Both the position numbers and the translations under genes were made by a program. Shown piece after piece: positions 7,928 through 17,010 of a DNA stretch of 64,000 nt; position 1 is the first letter of the stretch, and every line of letters begins with the position of its first letter. Origin of the DNA: Nannocystaceae bacterium ST9 (GTDB lineage Bacteria; Myxococcota_A; Polyangia; Nannocystales; Nannocystaceae); NCBI GenBank assembly GCA_048320885.1, contig JBLWFJ010000001.1, forward strand, positions 1,541,642-1,605,641, read 5' to 3'. Below the pieces are notes generated by a model, which was given only the letters and a program-made list of their open reading frames with translations, did no database searches and was not told the origin of the DNA.

Positions 7928-10900
7928 ATGCTTTCCGAATCCGAACTCGTCGCGCTCGTTCAAAAGCTCGAGGCCGATCCTCCGCAATGGGTGTCGGATT
8001 GGCGTCGGCGAGTCGCAAAATTCTTGGCCGAAGTCGCCAGCGCCGATCTCGAGACCCGGAGCAGCCGAGAATTCCAGCTTCGGCTCTGGAACGACAATCC
8101 GATCACCAGCGCCGGTCAGGGCGAGGTGGCGGTAGCGGTCGCGCTCGACGACGTCGAATTCCGCGAGTGGCTGGCCCGCGCCTCGTTCGACCCGCTCCCG
8201 CTGGACGCGGTCGAGAAGCGCAACGCGCTCGAACGGATCCTCGCCCGGATGTGGGAGCAATTCGAGGGCCAACGCAAGCCCTGGCTGAAGATGTTTCGGC
8301 TGCTCGCGGCGCTCTATCCCGATCATTTCACTTGCCTGAGTTCGACCACTCGACTGCACGAGTACGCCAGACTGCTGCTCGCCGGCCCACCCGCGCGGCC
8401 CATCGAGCAGCACCTCGCGCTCTGCGGGCAATTCGAGCGGCTGCTCGGACCGGCCAACGCCACGGCGCAGACCCGGGCGCAGCGAATGACGCTGCACTGG
8501 ATGGTCTACGAGCGGGTTCGTCAGGCGAACGCAGAATCGCCGATAGCGATCGTCGAGGACACCAACGAAGAACGGTTGATTCCGCTTCCAGCCGACCGCC
8601 GCCGCCGGGGGCTCATCGCGTTCAAGGGCTTGTCGTCGGCGCTTCGGCAGATCTTGGCCAAGGTCGGTGCCGGCATGACCGGCGCCGAGCTGCGCGAGGT
8701 CGTCCGTGCCGCGATCCCAGACTACAATGACTCGAGCCTGACCATCGTCATTCGATCATTGCAAACCGACCTCGGGGTCCTGCAAGTCGACGACGAACGT
8801 TTCGTATTGACGCCCTCGGGCCAATCTCTGTTCGAGAGCGAGGACTCCGACGCGCTGGCCGAGTGGCTGTTGACCCGCGTGCTCGGTGTCGACGTGGCGA
8901 TCGCGGCGCTCCGTCCACGGCCGCTGAGCAAACCCGAATGGCTGCGGGCGATCCAACGCGCTAACCCTCGCTGGACCAGCTCGTTCGCACCCAACGGGAT
9001 CACCAGCTGGCTGCTCGATCTCGGGGTCGTCGAGTCGATCGATGGCCAGTGCCAGCTGACGGAGCGCGGTCGGTCCTGGGCCGAGCTGATCCACTGGGTT
9101 CCGGTGACCCTCGACGTGGACGCACCGAACGAGACGCCCGAGTCCGAGCCGGAGCCCGAGGCCTTCTTCGACGAATCCGAGACCTTCGAACTGCACGTCG
9201 ACCTGCGCGCGGATGGCCGTGCGTGTCTGGTCCGGCTGCACGGAACCGAGAGCTGGTCGCAGGCGCCGTCGTTGCTGCCCTCGATCGCCGACGACAGCGA
9301 ATTCGTCGGTAAATCTCTGTTCGGCATTCTGTTCCACGAACAAAGCCTGCTCGGTCGCTATCGAGAGCTCCGCGCCGTCGCCCACGACCGGCACATGCCG
9401 CTGCGCGTGGTCTTGCACATGCACGCCGACGTTGTGAACCCCGATCGGCATTCGATCGCCGATCATTGCTGGGAGACACTACTCGATCCACAACATGGAC
9501 GCATCGCCAGCGATCTCGCGCTGCGCTTGGTGCGGGTCCGTGCGGGCCTTCATGCACTCGAAGTACCCCGAGCCCGGCCACGACTGCATGCATTGGTCGG
9601 ATTTGCTTGCCCTCGAGAATGTCAGGTCCTGGATTTCCACCACGAGCGCATCTCCTTCAAGAAGCTGACGCGCAGCTTGCAGGCCAGCACGTTGGTCGAT
9701 TTCAACTTTCATGAGCCGCTCGACATCGAGTCGCTACGGACGCACATCCGAGCCTCGGACTCCTTTCATTTCGGGGGCCACGGCGAAGTCGGTGGCCTGG
9801 TCCTCGAGGACTCCGGCAGTCACGCACAGGTGCTCGATAGCGAAGTGCTCCGAGCCATGCTGACACCACCGCTCCCCTGCTTTGTGGTTCTCAACGCGTG
9901 CCATGGCTCGGTCGCCGAAGATGCGCTCAGTGCAGCCCATGCGTTTCTCGAGCGTGGTGTGCATGCCGTCGTCGCCATGAACGGCGAGTTCGCGGACCGA
10001 GCTGCGGCTTCGTTCGTCGACGAACTCTACACGCGGCTGGTCGCGGGAAGCGATGTCGAGGCCGCCGTTCAGAGCGCGCGCTGGCGTCTGCTGTCTGAAC
10101 GAAGTGACTCATGGTTCATGCCGGTCCTGTGGACCCGAACCACCGCGAGCTTCGCGTTGGTCGATCGCAACCTCGCCGACGCCAACCCGGTCGTCCGCGA
10201 GCGCGTCGAGCAGCTCGATCGCTACGTCCGCGAGCATCGCCCACGCGTGGCGATCCGCGATCGCATCGACGCGAGCGGGATCGCGGCGGATCTCGACGCG
10301 AGTCGGCGAAGCGAGCTGGCCGAGTCGTTGCTGGAGCGCGTCGCGGTCGACGATCCCGATCGCTTCGAGGTCGAGCTCGACAAGCTGCTCGGCGACGCAT
10401 CGGTCACCCATCAGGTCGCGCAGCTGCGTCGCCGTGCGAGCAGCCCGTCCGGTGAGCTGCACGAGCTCGCCGAGGCGCTGCGCCGAGACGTGGTCCCTCC
10501 GCTCGGCGCGGCCGCGAGCTCGCTGCCCGCCTTGATCGCCGCGCTCGAGGCGATGACCCGCCCCGCCCCGACTCCCCCTGTCGAGCCCGCGCCGCCGCGC
10601 GAGTACGTCGACGTCGAGCGCCCGCTGACCCTCGAAGGCAGCCTCGACGCGATGATCCCGATCGCCAAGGCCGAGCTCGAGCTCGACGACGAGATCGTCC
10701 GCCGCTGCCTGATCCACCTGCTCGCCGGTCGCCACCTGGTGCTCGCCGGCCCGCCGGGCACCGGCAAGTCGACGCTCGCTCAGGGTCTCGCCAGGGCGTT
10801 CGGCTTCGCGGCGAAGATGACGACCGCGAACCCCGACTGGACCACCTACGACACGATCGGCGGGCTCGCGCCGATCCGCGTGCGCGACGAAGCCGGCCGC

Positions 10901-11797
10901 GGCCAAGTCGGCTACGAGTTTCAGCCCGGCCACGTGCTGCGGGCGATCGAGGCCAACTGGGTCGCCCGCGAGGGGGCCTGGCGGCGCGAGAAGGTGTGGT
11001 TGGTGATCGACGAGATGAACCGCGCGCCGCTCGATCAGGCGTTCGGCGCCCTGTTCACGGCGCTGGTCGAGCGAAGGCTCGAAGATCCGCGAATCGACGC
11101 CGCGATCCCCCTGCCCGCGGACTTTCGCCTGATCTGCACGGCCAACACCTCGGATCGTCGGCTGCTCTTCGAATTCTCCGAGGCGCTCAAGCGGCGCTTC
11201 GCCTTCGTCGAGATCCCGGCATTTCGTGGATCTCGCGGGCTCGGCGGGGGCGAGCGATTGTTGAGCCAGCTGCGCAAACGCGGGGTATGGGGCGACCACG
11301 ACATCGAGAACGATTTTAGCGAAACGCTCGCCAAACTCGATCCCATCGTCGATCGCCTGCGGATCCTGCATCCGCTCGGGCTCGCGCACGTGCTCGACGT
11401 CCTCATGTATGTCCTCGTCGCCCGCGCCCACGGTCGCGCCTTTAGCCGCCAATTGCTGACCGAGGCGTTGGTCGACAATCTGCTGCCGGTGCTCGAATCG
11501 CAACCCTCGGCGCGGCTCGACGCGCTCGCCAGCCTGCTCGCGGGTGGCATTCGCGGGTGGCTCGATCGCTGCGTTACCGAAATGCGAGCATATCGAGCCG
11601 ACCCCGTGGCCCTGCGCGTCGCGATCGAACTGGTGCGTGGTTCGAGCGAGTTCGACGAGCCGAAGGGCGAACTCGAGGCGTGGCTCGCCGCGCGAGTCGA
11701 GTCGCGCGGTCCGGAGCTCGACGAATGGCAGGCGCTCCCGTACGCCGCAGAGTTCACGCTCGCGCTGCAGCGCCTGGCCGCGGAGCGCAGTGCTTGA
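7928..11797 (+). CDS. Multidomain protein: N-terminal helical region + 2 winged-helix-like units + CHAT (caspase-like) protease domain + McrB-type AAA+ GTPase
   Basis: ORF 7862..11797. ATG at 7928 (MLSESELV) is preferred because a TTGACA promoter-like hexamer lies inside the 7862-7927 stretch. CHAT His/Cys dyad motifs FHFGGHGEV (about 9767) and VVLNACHGS (about 9890). McrB-like Walker A LVLAGPPGTGKST (about 10750), Walker B WLVIDEMNRAPLDQAFGALF (about 11000) and McrB-type FRLICTANTSDR. Confidence 0.8.
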   Translation: MLSESELVALVQKLEADPPQWVSDWRRRVAKFLAEVASADLETRSSREFQLRLWNDNPITSAGQGEVAVAVALDDVEFREWLARASFDPLPLDAVEKRNALERILARMWEQFEGQRKPWLKMFRLLAALYPDHFTCLSSTTRLHEYARLLLAGPPARPIEQHLALCGQFERLLGPANATAQTRAQRMTLHWMVYERVRQANAESPIAIVEDTNEERLIPLPADRRRRGLIAFKGLSSALRQILAKVGAGMTGAELREVVRAAIPDYNDSSLTIVIRSLQTDLGVLQVDDERFVLTPSGQSLFESEDSDALAEWLLTRVLGVDVAIAALRPRPLSKPEWLRAIQRANPRWTSSFAPNGITSWLLDLGVVESIDGQCQLTERGRSWAELIHWVPVTLDVDAPNETPESEPEPEAFFDESETFELHVDLRADGRACLVRLHGTESWSQAPSLLPSIADDSEFVGKSLFGILFHEQSLLGRYRELRAVAHDRHMPLRVVLHMHADVVNPDRHSIADHCWETLLDPQHGRIASDLALRLVRVRAGLHALEVPRARPRLHALVGFACPRECQVLDFHHERISFKKLTRSLQASTLVDFNFHEPLDIESLRTHIRASDSFHFGGHGEVGGLVLEDSGSHAQVLDSEVLRAMLTPPLPCFVVLNACHGSVAEDALSAAHAFLERGVHAVVAMNGEFADRAAASFVDELYTRLVAGSDVEAAVQSARWRLLSERSDSWFMPVLWTRTTASFALVDRNLADANPVVRERVEQLDRYVREHRPRVAIRDRIDASGIAADLDASRRSELAESLLERVAVDDPDRFEVELDKLLGDASVTHQVAQLRRRASSPSGELHELAEALRRDVVPPLGAAASSLPALIAALEAMTRPAPTPPVEPAPPREYVDVERPLTLEGSLDAMIPIAKAELELDDEIVRRCLIHLLAGRHLVLAGPPGTGKSTLAQGLARAFGFAAKMTTANPDWTTYDTIGGLAPIRVRDEAGRGQVGYEFQPGHVLRAIEANWVAREGAWRREKVWLVIDEMNRAPLDQAFGALFTALVERRLEDPRIDAAIPLPADFRLICTANTSDRRLLFEFSEALKRRFAFVEIPAFRGSRGLGGGERLLSQLRKRGVWGDHDIENDFSETLAKLDPIVDRLRILHPLGLAHVLDVLMYVLVARAHGRAFSRQLLTEALVDNLLPVLESQPSARLDALASLLAGGIRGWLDRCVTEMRAYRADPVALRVAIELVRGSSEFDEPKGELEAWLAARVESRGPELDEWQALPYAAEFTLALQRLAAERSA

Positions 11798-12953
11798 TCC
11801 GGCCGAGCGCGAGCTGCTCTTCGCCCGCATCGTCGTCCGGCTGACCGCGCTGCGGGCCGCGGGGGTGATGCGCGAGCCCTGCGACTTCTCGCGCGACGCC
11901 CCACCGGAGCACTCCGAGAGCGCAACCTTGCTGTGGAACTGGGCGCGGCTGCTCGGCGACGCCCAAGAGCTGATCCACGACGTGTTCGAGCCAGCCATGC
12001 GCGAGCCCGGCCGCGAGCATCTCCGACGAACGACGGAGCACCCCCATCGCCCACGCGGCGCCACGAACTGGCCGCAGACCAGCAAGCGCTCGCTTCGACG
12101 CGGACAGGCCGAGCCGCCGCGCTTCGTGTGCACCACGGCCTCGCGCAGCATCACGGCGCCCGAGAACATGCTCTTGGTCCAGACGCTCGACGAGGTGCTC
12201 GCGCGCGGGGCCCATGCGCTCGCCTGGCTCGAAGCTCGCCGCCTGCTCGGGCTCGAAGAGCGCGCGCTGATCCGCCACCATCGTCGCAGCGCCGCACGGA
12301 CGCTGGCGACCGCCTGGGTGGCGAGCTGTCGCGCGGCGCTGCACGAGCATCGGCGAACGCACGCGCTGGCCGAGATCGAGCGCGAGGTCGAAGGTCGCGT
12401 GCGCGGTCGGCCGAGCGCGGCGCCCGAGTGGGCCCGCCGCTTGCTCGAGCTGCGGCGAACCACGCCGAAGATCCCTCGCGACATGCGACTCGCGACGATC
12501 GACGACGATCGGCTCTGGCAAGACCTCGCGTGGCTGGAGGTGCTCGCGCTGCTGCATGGTCACGCGCGCCTCCACCAACACGACGACGGATTTCGTAGCC
12601 GGGAGGGCGATCTCGAATTTCGACCCTTGCCCGACACGCCCGCCTGGATCCTCGCGCACCGCGGCGCGCCTGCGATCGCCCTATTTCAATCATGCGCATC
12701 GACCTGGCAAGACGTGCGTCGCGATTCGCTCTATTGGAGTTGGACGGCGACCCATTGCGACGTCGACATCGATCGTTGGCTGATCCTCCATCGGGCGAGC
12801 GACGGCCCCTTCGTTCATGCCCGTCATCGCAGGGGCATCGAACTCGAGTATTGCCGCGTCGAGCCCGAGCGAGGCCTCGCCCCCGAAATCTCTGCGACGT
12901 TGGTTCGTTGGCTGGCTCCCTCGGCAGATTCTGCCGATCAGGGCGCCCGGTGA
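11790..12953 (+). CDS. Hypothetical protein translationally coupled to the CHAT-McrB gene; possible McrC-like partner
   Basis: The GTG at 11790 overlaps the upstream TGA (GTGCTTGA). About 387 aa, Arg/His-rich but the most protein-like frame here. No clear PD-(D/E)xK motif was recognised by eye. Confidence 0.45.
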   Translation: MLDPAERELLFARIVVRLTALRAAGVMREPCDFSRDAPPEHSESATLLWNWARLLGDAQELIHDVFEPAMREPGREHLRRTTEHPHRPRGATNWPQTSKRSLRRGQAEPPRFVCTTASRSITAPENMLLVQTLDEVLARGAHALAWLEARRLLGLEERALIRHHRRSAARTLATAWVASCRAALHEHRRTHALAEIEREVEGRVRGRPSAAPEWARRLLELRRTTPKIPRDMRLATIDDDRLWQDLAWLEVLALLHGHARLHQHDDGFRSREGDLEFRPLPDTPAWILAHRGAPAIALFQSCASTWQDVRRDSLYWSWTATHCDVDIDRWLILHRASDGPFVHARHRRGIELEYCRVEPERGLAPEISATLVRWLAPSADSADQGAR

Positions 12954-12971
12954 CGCCGCTATATTCGTTCC

Positions 12972-13622
12972 GTGAACTTCCATCCCTCGATGATCCTCAC
13001 CGTCTCGATGGCCCTCTTCGCGTGCACGCCCGATGGCGGGGGCGGTGACGAGGTCGGCAACACCGAGACTGCGGGCACCGACTCCACGTCCGGCGACTCC
13101 ACCTCCACCGACAGCACGTCCGGCGATTCGACCAGCGAGGGCACGTCCACCGACAGCAGCTCGGGCGACTCCACCGACTCCACCGACTCGACCTCGAGCG
13201 ATTCCACCGACTCCACCTCCGAGACCGGCGATCCCGATCCGATCGTGTCGACCTTCAGCTGCGAAGAGACCTCGGTGGTCGAGCCCTTCTTGCAGCTGAC
13301 CATCACCGGCGGCTTCACGGCCCAGAGCGAGCCTCGCAACCTGGTCGCCACCCACACGCTCGGCGGTGCGATCGAGTTCTCGGTGCCCATCCCGGCGCTC
13401 GTCGACCCGAACGACGCCAACTATGCCGACGTGGTCTACTGGGAGATGCAGCTCTCGATGGTCGGCTACGACGTGAACCTGCCCGACGACGGGACCGACG
13501 ACTCGCGCTACTTGTTCTTGCCGAGCGGGGCCGAGGGCGTGTCGACCTTCGACGCGTTCTATTATCGCGTCTACGGCGTGGGCGGCACCGGCCAGTTCGA
13601 CTTCACGTGCACGGCCGACTGA
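12972..13622 (+). CDS. Secreted lipoprotein with a Ser/Thr/Asp-rich linker
   Basis: Signal plus lipobox MALFAC, (STDS)n low-complexity linker, folded C-terminal domain. Confidence 0.7.
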   Translation: MNFHPSMILTVSMALFACTPDGGGGDEVGNTETAGTDSTSGDSTSTDSTSGDSTSEGTSTDSSSGDSTDSTDSTSSDSTDSTSETGDPDPIVSTFSCEETSVVEPFLQLTITGGFTAQSEPRNLVATHTLGGAIEFSVPIPALVDPNDANYADVVYWEMQLSMVGYDVNLPDDGTDDSRYLFLPSGAEGVSTFDAFYYRVYGVGGTGQFDFTCTAD

Positions 13623-13637
13623 GCGGATCGGGCCGAC

Positions 13638-14915
13638 TCAGATCGAGCTGGCCCGTCGCTGCGTGCGACAGGTCGGCTCGTCGTCGCCACACTTGATGCG
13701 CACGTGGATGTGTCCGTCGTGCCCGCGAGCGTGGCGGATCAGCTGCTTGCCCTTCCCGTCGCGCTGCGGCCAGGTGATGATCCGATCGAGCTCCTCGGGC
13801 GTGGCCCCGAGCGAGAGCGCGGCGTAGTAGAGCGGGCGCTGGAGCTCGTGGTCGAGGAAGATCATCTCGACCTCGCCGGTGGCCAAGAACGCGTCGATCA
13901 GCGCCCACACGGCGCGCCAGTCGATCTCCTCGGCGCGCGGATCGATCGTGGTCTCGAACCAGGGCAGCATCGGCAGGCGGATGTCGACGTCGCGGCCCGA
14001 TTGATGCGACTTGTGCGGTGGAAAGCGGCCGCCGTTCGGCCGGGCGATCGAGCCGACCAGGATCTCGCCCTCGTAGCCGCTCTCGTGCCGGAAGTTGGCG
14101 AACGCGGTGACGATCGTCTTGATCGCGTGGCTGCTGCCGTGGGCGATCCGATCGAAGCGGCGAGTGTAGAGCTCGGGGATCTCGGGCAGCTGGACCGGCT
14201 CGCCGCGGATCTTGCCGCGGTTGGGGTGGCCGTGGCTGAACGCGGTGGCGGGGATCGAGCTGATCCAGCTCGGATCGACGGCCGGACCGATCGCGTGAAA
14301 CACCGTCCAATCGATCGCCGGATCGACCCAGATCGTCAGCTCGCGACCCGGCTCGAGCGCGGCCATGCTCTCGGCCTCGCTGCTGTGGTTGTAGGCCTTG
14401 AGATCGCGGACGTCGACGCGATGATCGACCGCGATCGTCTCCCAGGTCTGGCCCTCGCCGACCACGTAGCTGACCGGATGCGGCGCCGGCGGGACTCGGT
14501 TGGCCTTGACCCGCAGCTCGGTACCCTCGCGCAGATGAGCGCGCGGCTTCTGCTTGGCCAGCTTCTCGTCGTTCCACTCGCGCAGCTCGTCGACCGACAC
14601 GCCGTAGCGGGCCGCGATGTCGCCCAGGGTCTCGCGCGGTCGGATCGCGTGCCGGACCCAGCGCGGCGACGCGAGCAGCTCGGTCTGATCGCCGCGCCAA
14701 TGTTTCTGCCACGCCGCCTGCGTGATCGACTTGGCGTGCTGACCCGCCGCCCACGTCGCCTGCACGAACTCGTTGGGGTCGGCGCCCTCGGGCAGCGCCG
14801 ACGTGGCCGCGTTGGGCTCGAGCGCCGTCAGAGGAAGGGTCAGGGAGAAGATCAGGGCAACGAGCGCTCCAGCCATGCTCACCTCGACGTGCGTGCTCGG
14901 CTCCATGCCGTGCAC
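13638..14915 (-). CDS. LysM-domain murein endopeptidase (M74/MepA-like)
   Basis: Signal peptide. Two LysM-like units (LGDIAARYGVSVDELREWN; QTWETIAVDHRVDVRDLKAYN). MepA-like metal-ligand motifs FSHGHPNRG, HQSGRDVDIRLP and HDGHIHVRIKC. The start may be the internal M (MAGAL) at about 14876. Confidence 0.7.
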   Translation of the reverse strand: MHGMEPSTHVEVSMAGALVALIFSLTLPLTALEPNAATSALPEGADPNEFVQATWAAGQHAKSITQAAWQKHWRGDQTELLASPRWVRHAIRPRETLGDIAARYGVSVDELREWNDEKLAKQKPRAHLREGTELRVKANRVPPAPHPVSYVVGEGQTWETIAVDHRVDVRDLKAYNHSSEAESMAALEPGRELTIWVDPAIDWTVFHAIGPAVDPSWISSIPATAFSHGHPNRGKIRGEPVQLPEIPELYTRRFDRIAHGSSHAIKTIVTAFANFRHESGYEGEILVGSIARPNGGRFPPHKSHQSGRDVDIRLPMLPWFETTIDPRAEEIDWRAVWALIDAFLATGEVEMIFLDHELQRPLYYAALSLGATPEELDRIITWPQRDGKGKQLIRHARGHDGHIHVRIKCGDDEPTCRTQRRASSI

Positions 14916-15159
14916 CAGGAGACGCTAGCAAGCGACGCGCGAGCGAAGCGACCCGAAAATCATTCGTCGCCGCGCAGATGGCGTTATGCCGTGATCGTCT
15001 GCGCATCGCGGATCTGCGGACGAGTCGAGCGACGCCGAGCATGCTCGACATCCTCGTGGGCGCGGGTCGTACCCCGAAGCGGGGTCGCAATGCCAAAACG
15101 GCGAGTCGATCACCGCGTCGGCTGGCCCACCAGACCGACAGTTGGCCTCGCGCTCGCGA

Positions 15160-16446
15160 TCACAGCAACCCGCGCGTCCAGGCTTCGCGCTCGAGCGACT
15201 CGCGAAAGCTCGGATGCGCGATCGAGATCAACGAGCGCGCGCGCTCGCGAGTGGTCTTGGCGTAGAGATCGGCGACCCCGAACTCGCTGACCACGAAGCG
15301 GACGTCGCCGCGGCTGGTGACCACGCCCGCGCCGGGCTCGAGCGTCGCGACGATCCGGCTGAACTTGCCCTGCTTGGCCGTGCTCGGCAGCGCGAGGATG
15401 GCTCGCCCGCCCTCGCTGCGCGCGGCCCCGCGGATGAAGTCGACCTGCCCGCCGATGCCCGAGTAGGGCCGGATGCCGACCGAGTCGGCGCAGACCTGCC
15501 CGGTCAGATCGATCGCCAGCGCCGAGTTGATCGCGACCATGTTGTCGTTGCGCGCGATCACGAAGGGATCGTTGACGAAGTCGTTGCCGTAGGACTCGAC
15601 GAAGGGGTTGTCGTCGACGAAGTCGTAGAGCCGCCGCGTGCCCATCACGAACGAGCAGATCGCCTTGTGCGGTCGATAGTTCTTGGCCGCGCAGTCGATG
15701 ACCCCGGCCTCGACCAGATCGACGATCCCGTCCGAGAGCATCTCGGTGTGCACGCCCAGCCGCCGGTGGCCCTGCAAGGCCGCGAGCACGGCGTTGGGAA
15801 TGCCGCCGATCCCGAGCTGCAGGCAGTCGCCGTCGTGGATCAGCTCGGCGACCTGCCGACCGATCTGCGCGCTGACTTCGTCGATCGGCTCGGGCGTCAG
15901 CTCGGGCAGCGGCGCGGCGACCTCGACCGCCGCGTGGATCTCCGAGACGTGGACCAGCGTGTCGCCCCAGGTCCGCGGCATCGCCGGGTTGATCTCGGCG
16001 ACCACGTGGCGAGCGCTGCGGATCGCCGCGACGACCACGTCGGCCGCGACCCCGACCGTGCAATAGCCGTGGCGATCGGGCGGGCTGAGCTGGACCAGCG
16101 CCCAGTCGATCGGCACGCGATTGCGAAACAACCCGGGGATCTCCGACAGGAAGATCGGCATGAACTCGGCCCGCCCGGCCTGCACGGCCTCGCGGACGTT
16201 GGGCCCGATGAAGAACGCGACATGCCGAAACACGTCGGCGTACTGCGGCGCGACGTAGGGCGCCGTGCCGAGCGTGAGGATCGAGTAGATGTCGACGCCG
16301 CGTAGATCGGCGTGGCGGGCCGTCATCGCCTCGACCAGCCGCTCGGGCTCGGCCGCGCCGCTGCCGATGAACACGTTCTCGTGCGAGGCGATCGCGGCGA
16401 CGGCCTCGGCCGCGCTGGTTCGGTGGAGCGAATGAGTGACGGGCAT
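15160..16446 (-). CDS. Acetyl-CoA hydrolase/transferase family protein (CoA-transferase)
   Basis: Matches across the length to 4-hydroxybutyrate/succinyl-CoA:acetate CoA-transferase family sequences (GIGGIPNAVL, SEFGVADL). Probable start MPVTH at 16446 (the ORF extends to 16503). Confidence 0.75.
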   Translation of the reverse strand: MPVTHSLHRTSAAEAVAAIASHENVFIGSGAAEPERLVEAMTARHADLRGVDIYSILTLGTAPYVAPQYADVFRHVAFFIGPNVREAVQAGRAEFMPIFLSEIPGLFRNRVPIDWALVQLSPPDRHGYCTVGVAADVVVAAIRSARHVVAEINPAMPRTWGDTLVHVSEIHAAVEVAAPLPELTPEPIDEVSAQIGRQVAELIHDGDCLQLGIGGIPNAVLAALQGHRRLGVHTEMLSDGIVDLVEAGVIDCAAKNYRPHKAICSFVMGTRRLYDFVDDNPFVESYGNDFVNDPFVIARNDNMVAINSALAIDLTGQVCADSVGIRPYSGIGGQVDFIRGAARSEGGRAILALPSTAKQGKFSRIVATLEPGAGVVTSRGDVRFVVSEFGVADLYAKTTRERARSLISIAHPSFRESLEREAWTRGLL

Positions 16447-16499
16447 GCGGGCGGAAGCTATCAGGCCGCGACGCGGGCCGTCATCTCGACGCCGCTCGC

Positions 16500-16925
16500 T
16501 CAACTCTCGGCCACGCGGGCCGGACCGCCACGCAGGTTCTTGACTAGGTGCTCGACCTTGCCGATCAGCCCCTCGGGCGTCGGATCGATCGCCAGAAATT
16601 CCGCGCCGTTCTTGCCGTCGCGGATGAACCCGAGCGGCAGCACGTGGACCTCGATCCCGCCCCCCGCACCGCCGCCTTGGCCACCCATCAGCGTCGGCAG
16701 CGGCTTGTCGCTCGCCGTCGCGGCGTCGCTCGTCGCGGTCGCGCTCGTCGCCTGCGGCCCGGTCCCCGAGCCCATCCCGCCGCCGCCGTTGATCTTGATC
16801 TCGACCCGCGCGACCGGGATGACCACGTGCTCGTCGAGCTTGCGCGGCTGACCGAAGATCGCGTCGACGTTGGCCTCTTTCTGAATGGTCTGAGCGAGCT
16901 GTGCGACGATGGCTTCGACGTTCAT
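16500..16925 (-). CDS. YtfJ/GerW family sporulation protein
   Basis: 141 aa with VIPVARVEIKINGGGGMGSG and a C-terminal Gly-rich region. 4-nt overlap with the CoA-transferase. Confidence 0.65.
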   Translation of the reverse strand: MNVEAIVAQLAQTIQKEANVDAIFGQPRKLDEHVVIPVARVEIKINGGGGMGSGTGPQATSATATSDAATASDKPLPTLMGGQGGGAGGGIEVHVLPLGFIRDGKNGAEFLAIDPTPEGLIGKVEHLVKNLRGGPARVAES

Positions 16926-17010
16926 GCTCGCACCTTGATGGATGCGCGCGCGTGGGACCAGCGCAGGTGCTTCGAGGTCTGTCGCCCGGGCCGGCAGGAG
17001 TTGCCGGGGC

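Noticed and set aside
5716-8730. 1004-aa + ORF and 6002..7840 minus ORF across the ATPase gene
   Set aside because: Off-frame or antisense to the motif-bearing SMC-like ATPase. Composition dominated by R/A/G/P/L with no motifs.
10109-12484. 791-aa minus ORF and other long ORFs (8756..9466, 9000..9593, 11035..12054, 11754..12659)
   Set aside because: Antisense to the CHAT-McrB gene and its partner. R/S/A-rich with no domain signatures.
13603-16305. ORFs 13603..15096, 13704..15290, 15110..16063 and 15142..16305
   Set aside because: Shadow ORFs over the LysM/M74 and CoA-transferase genes. Arg-rich, no motifs.
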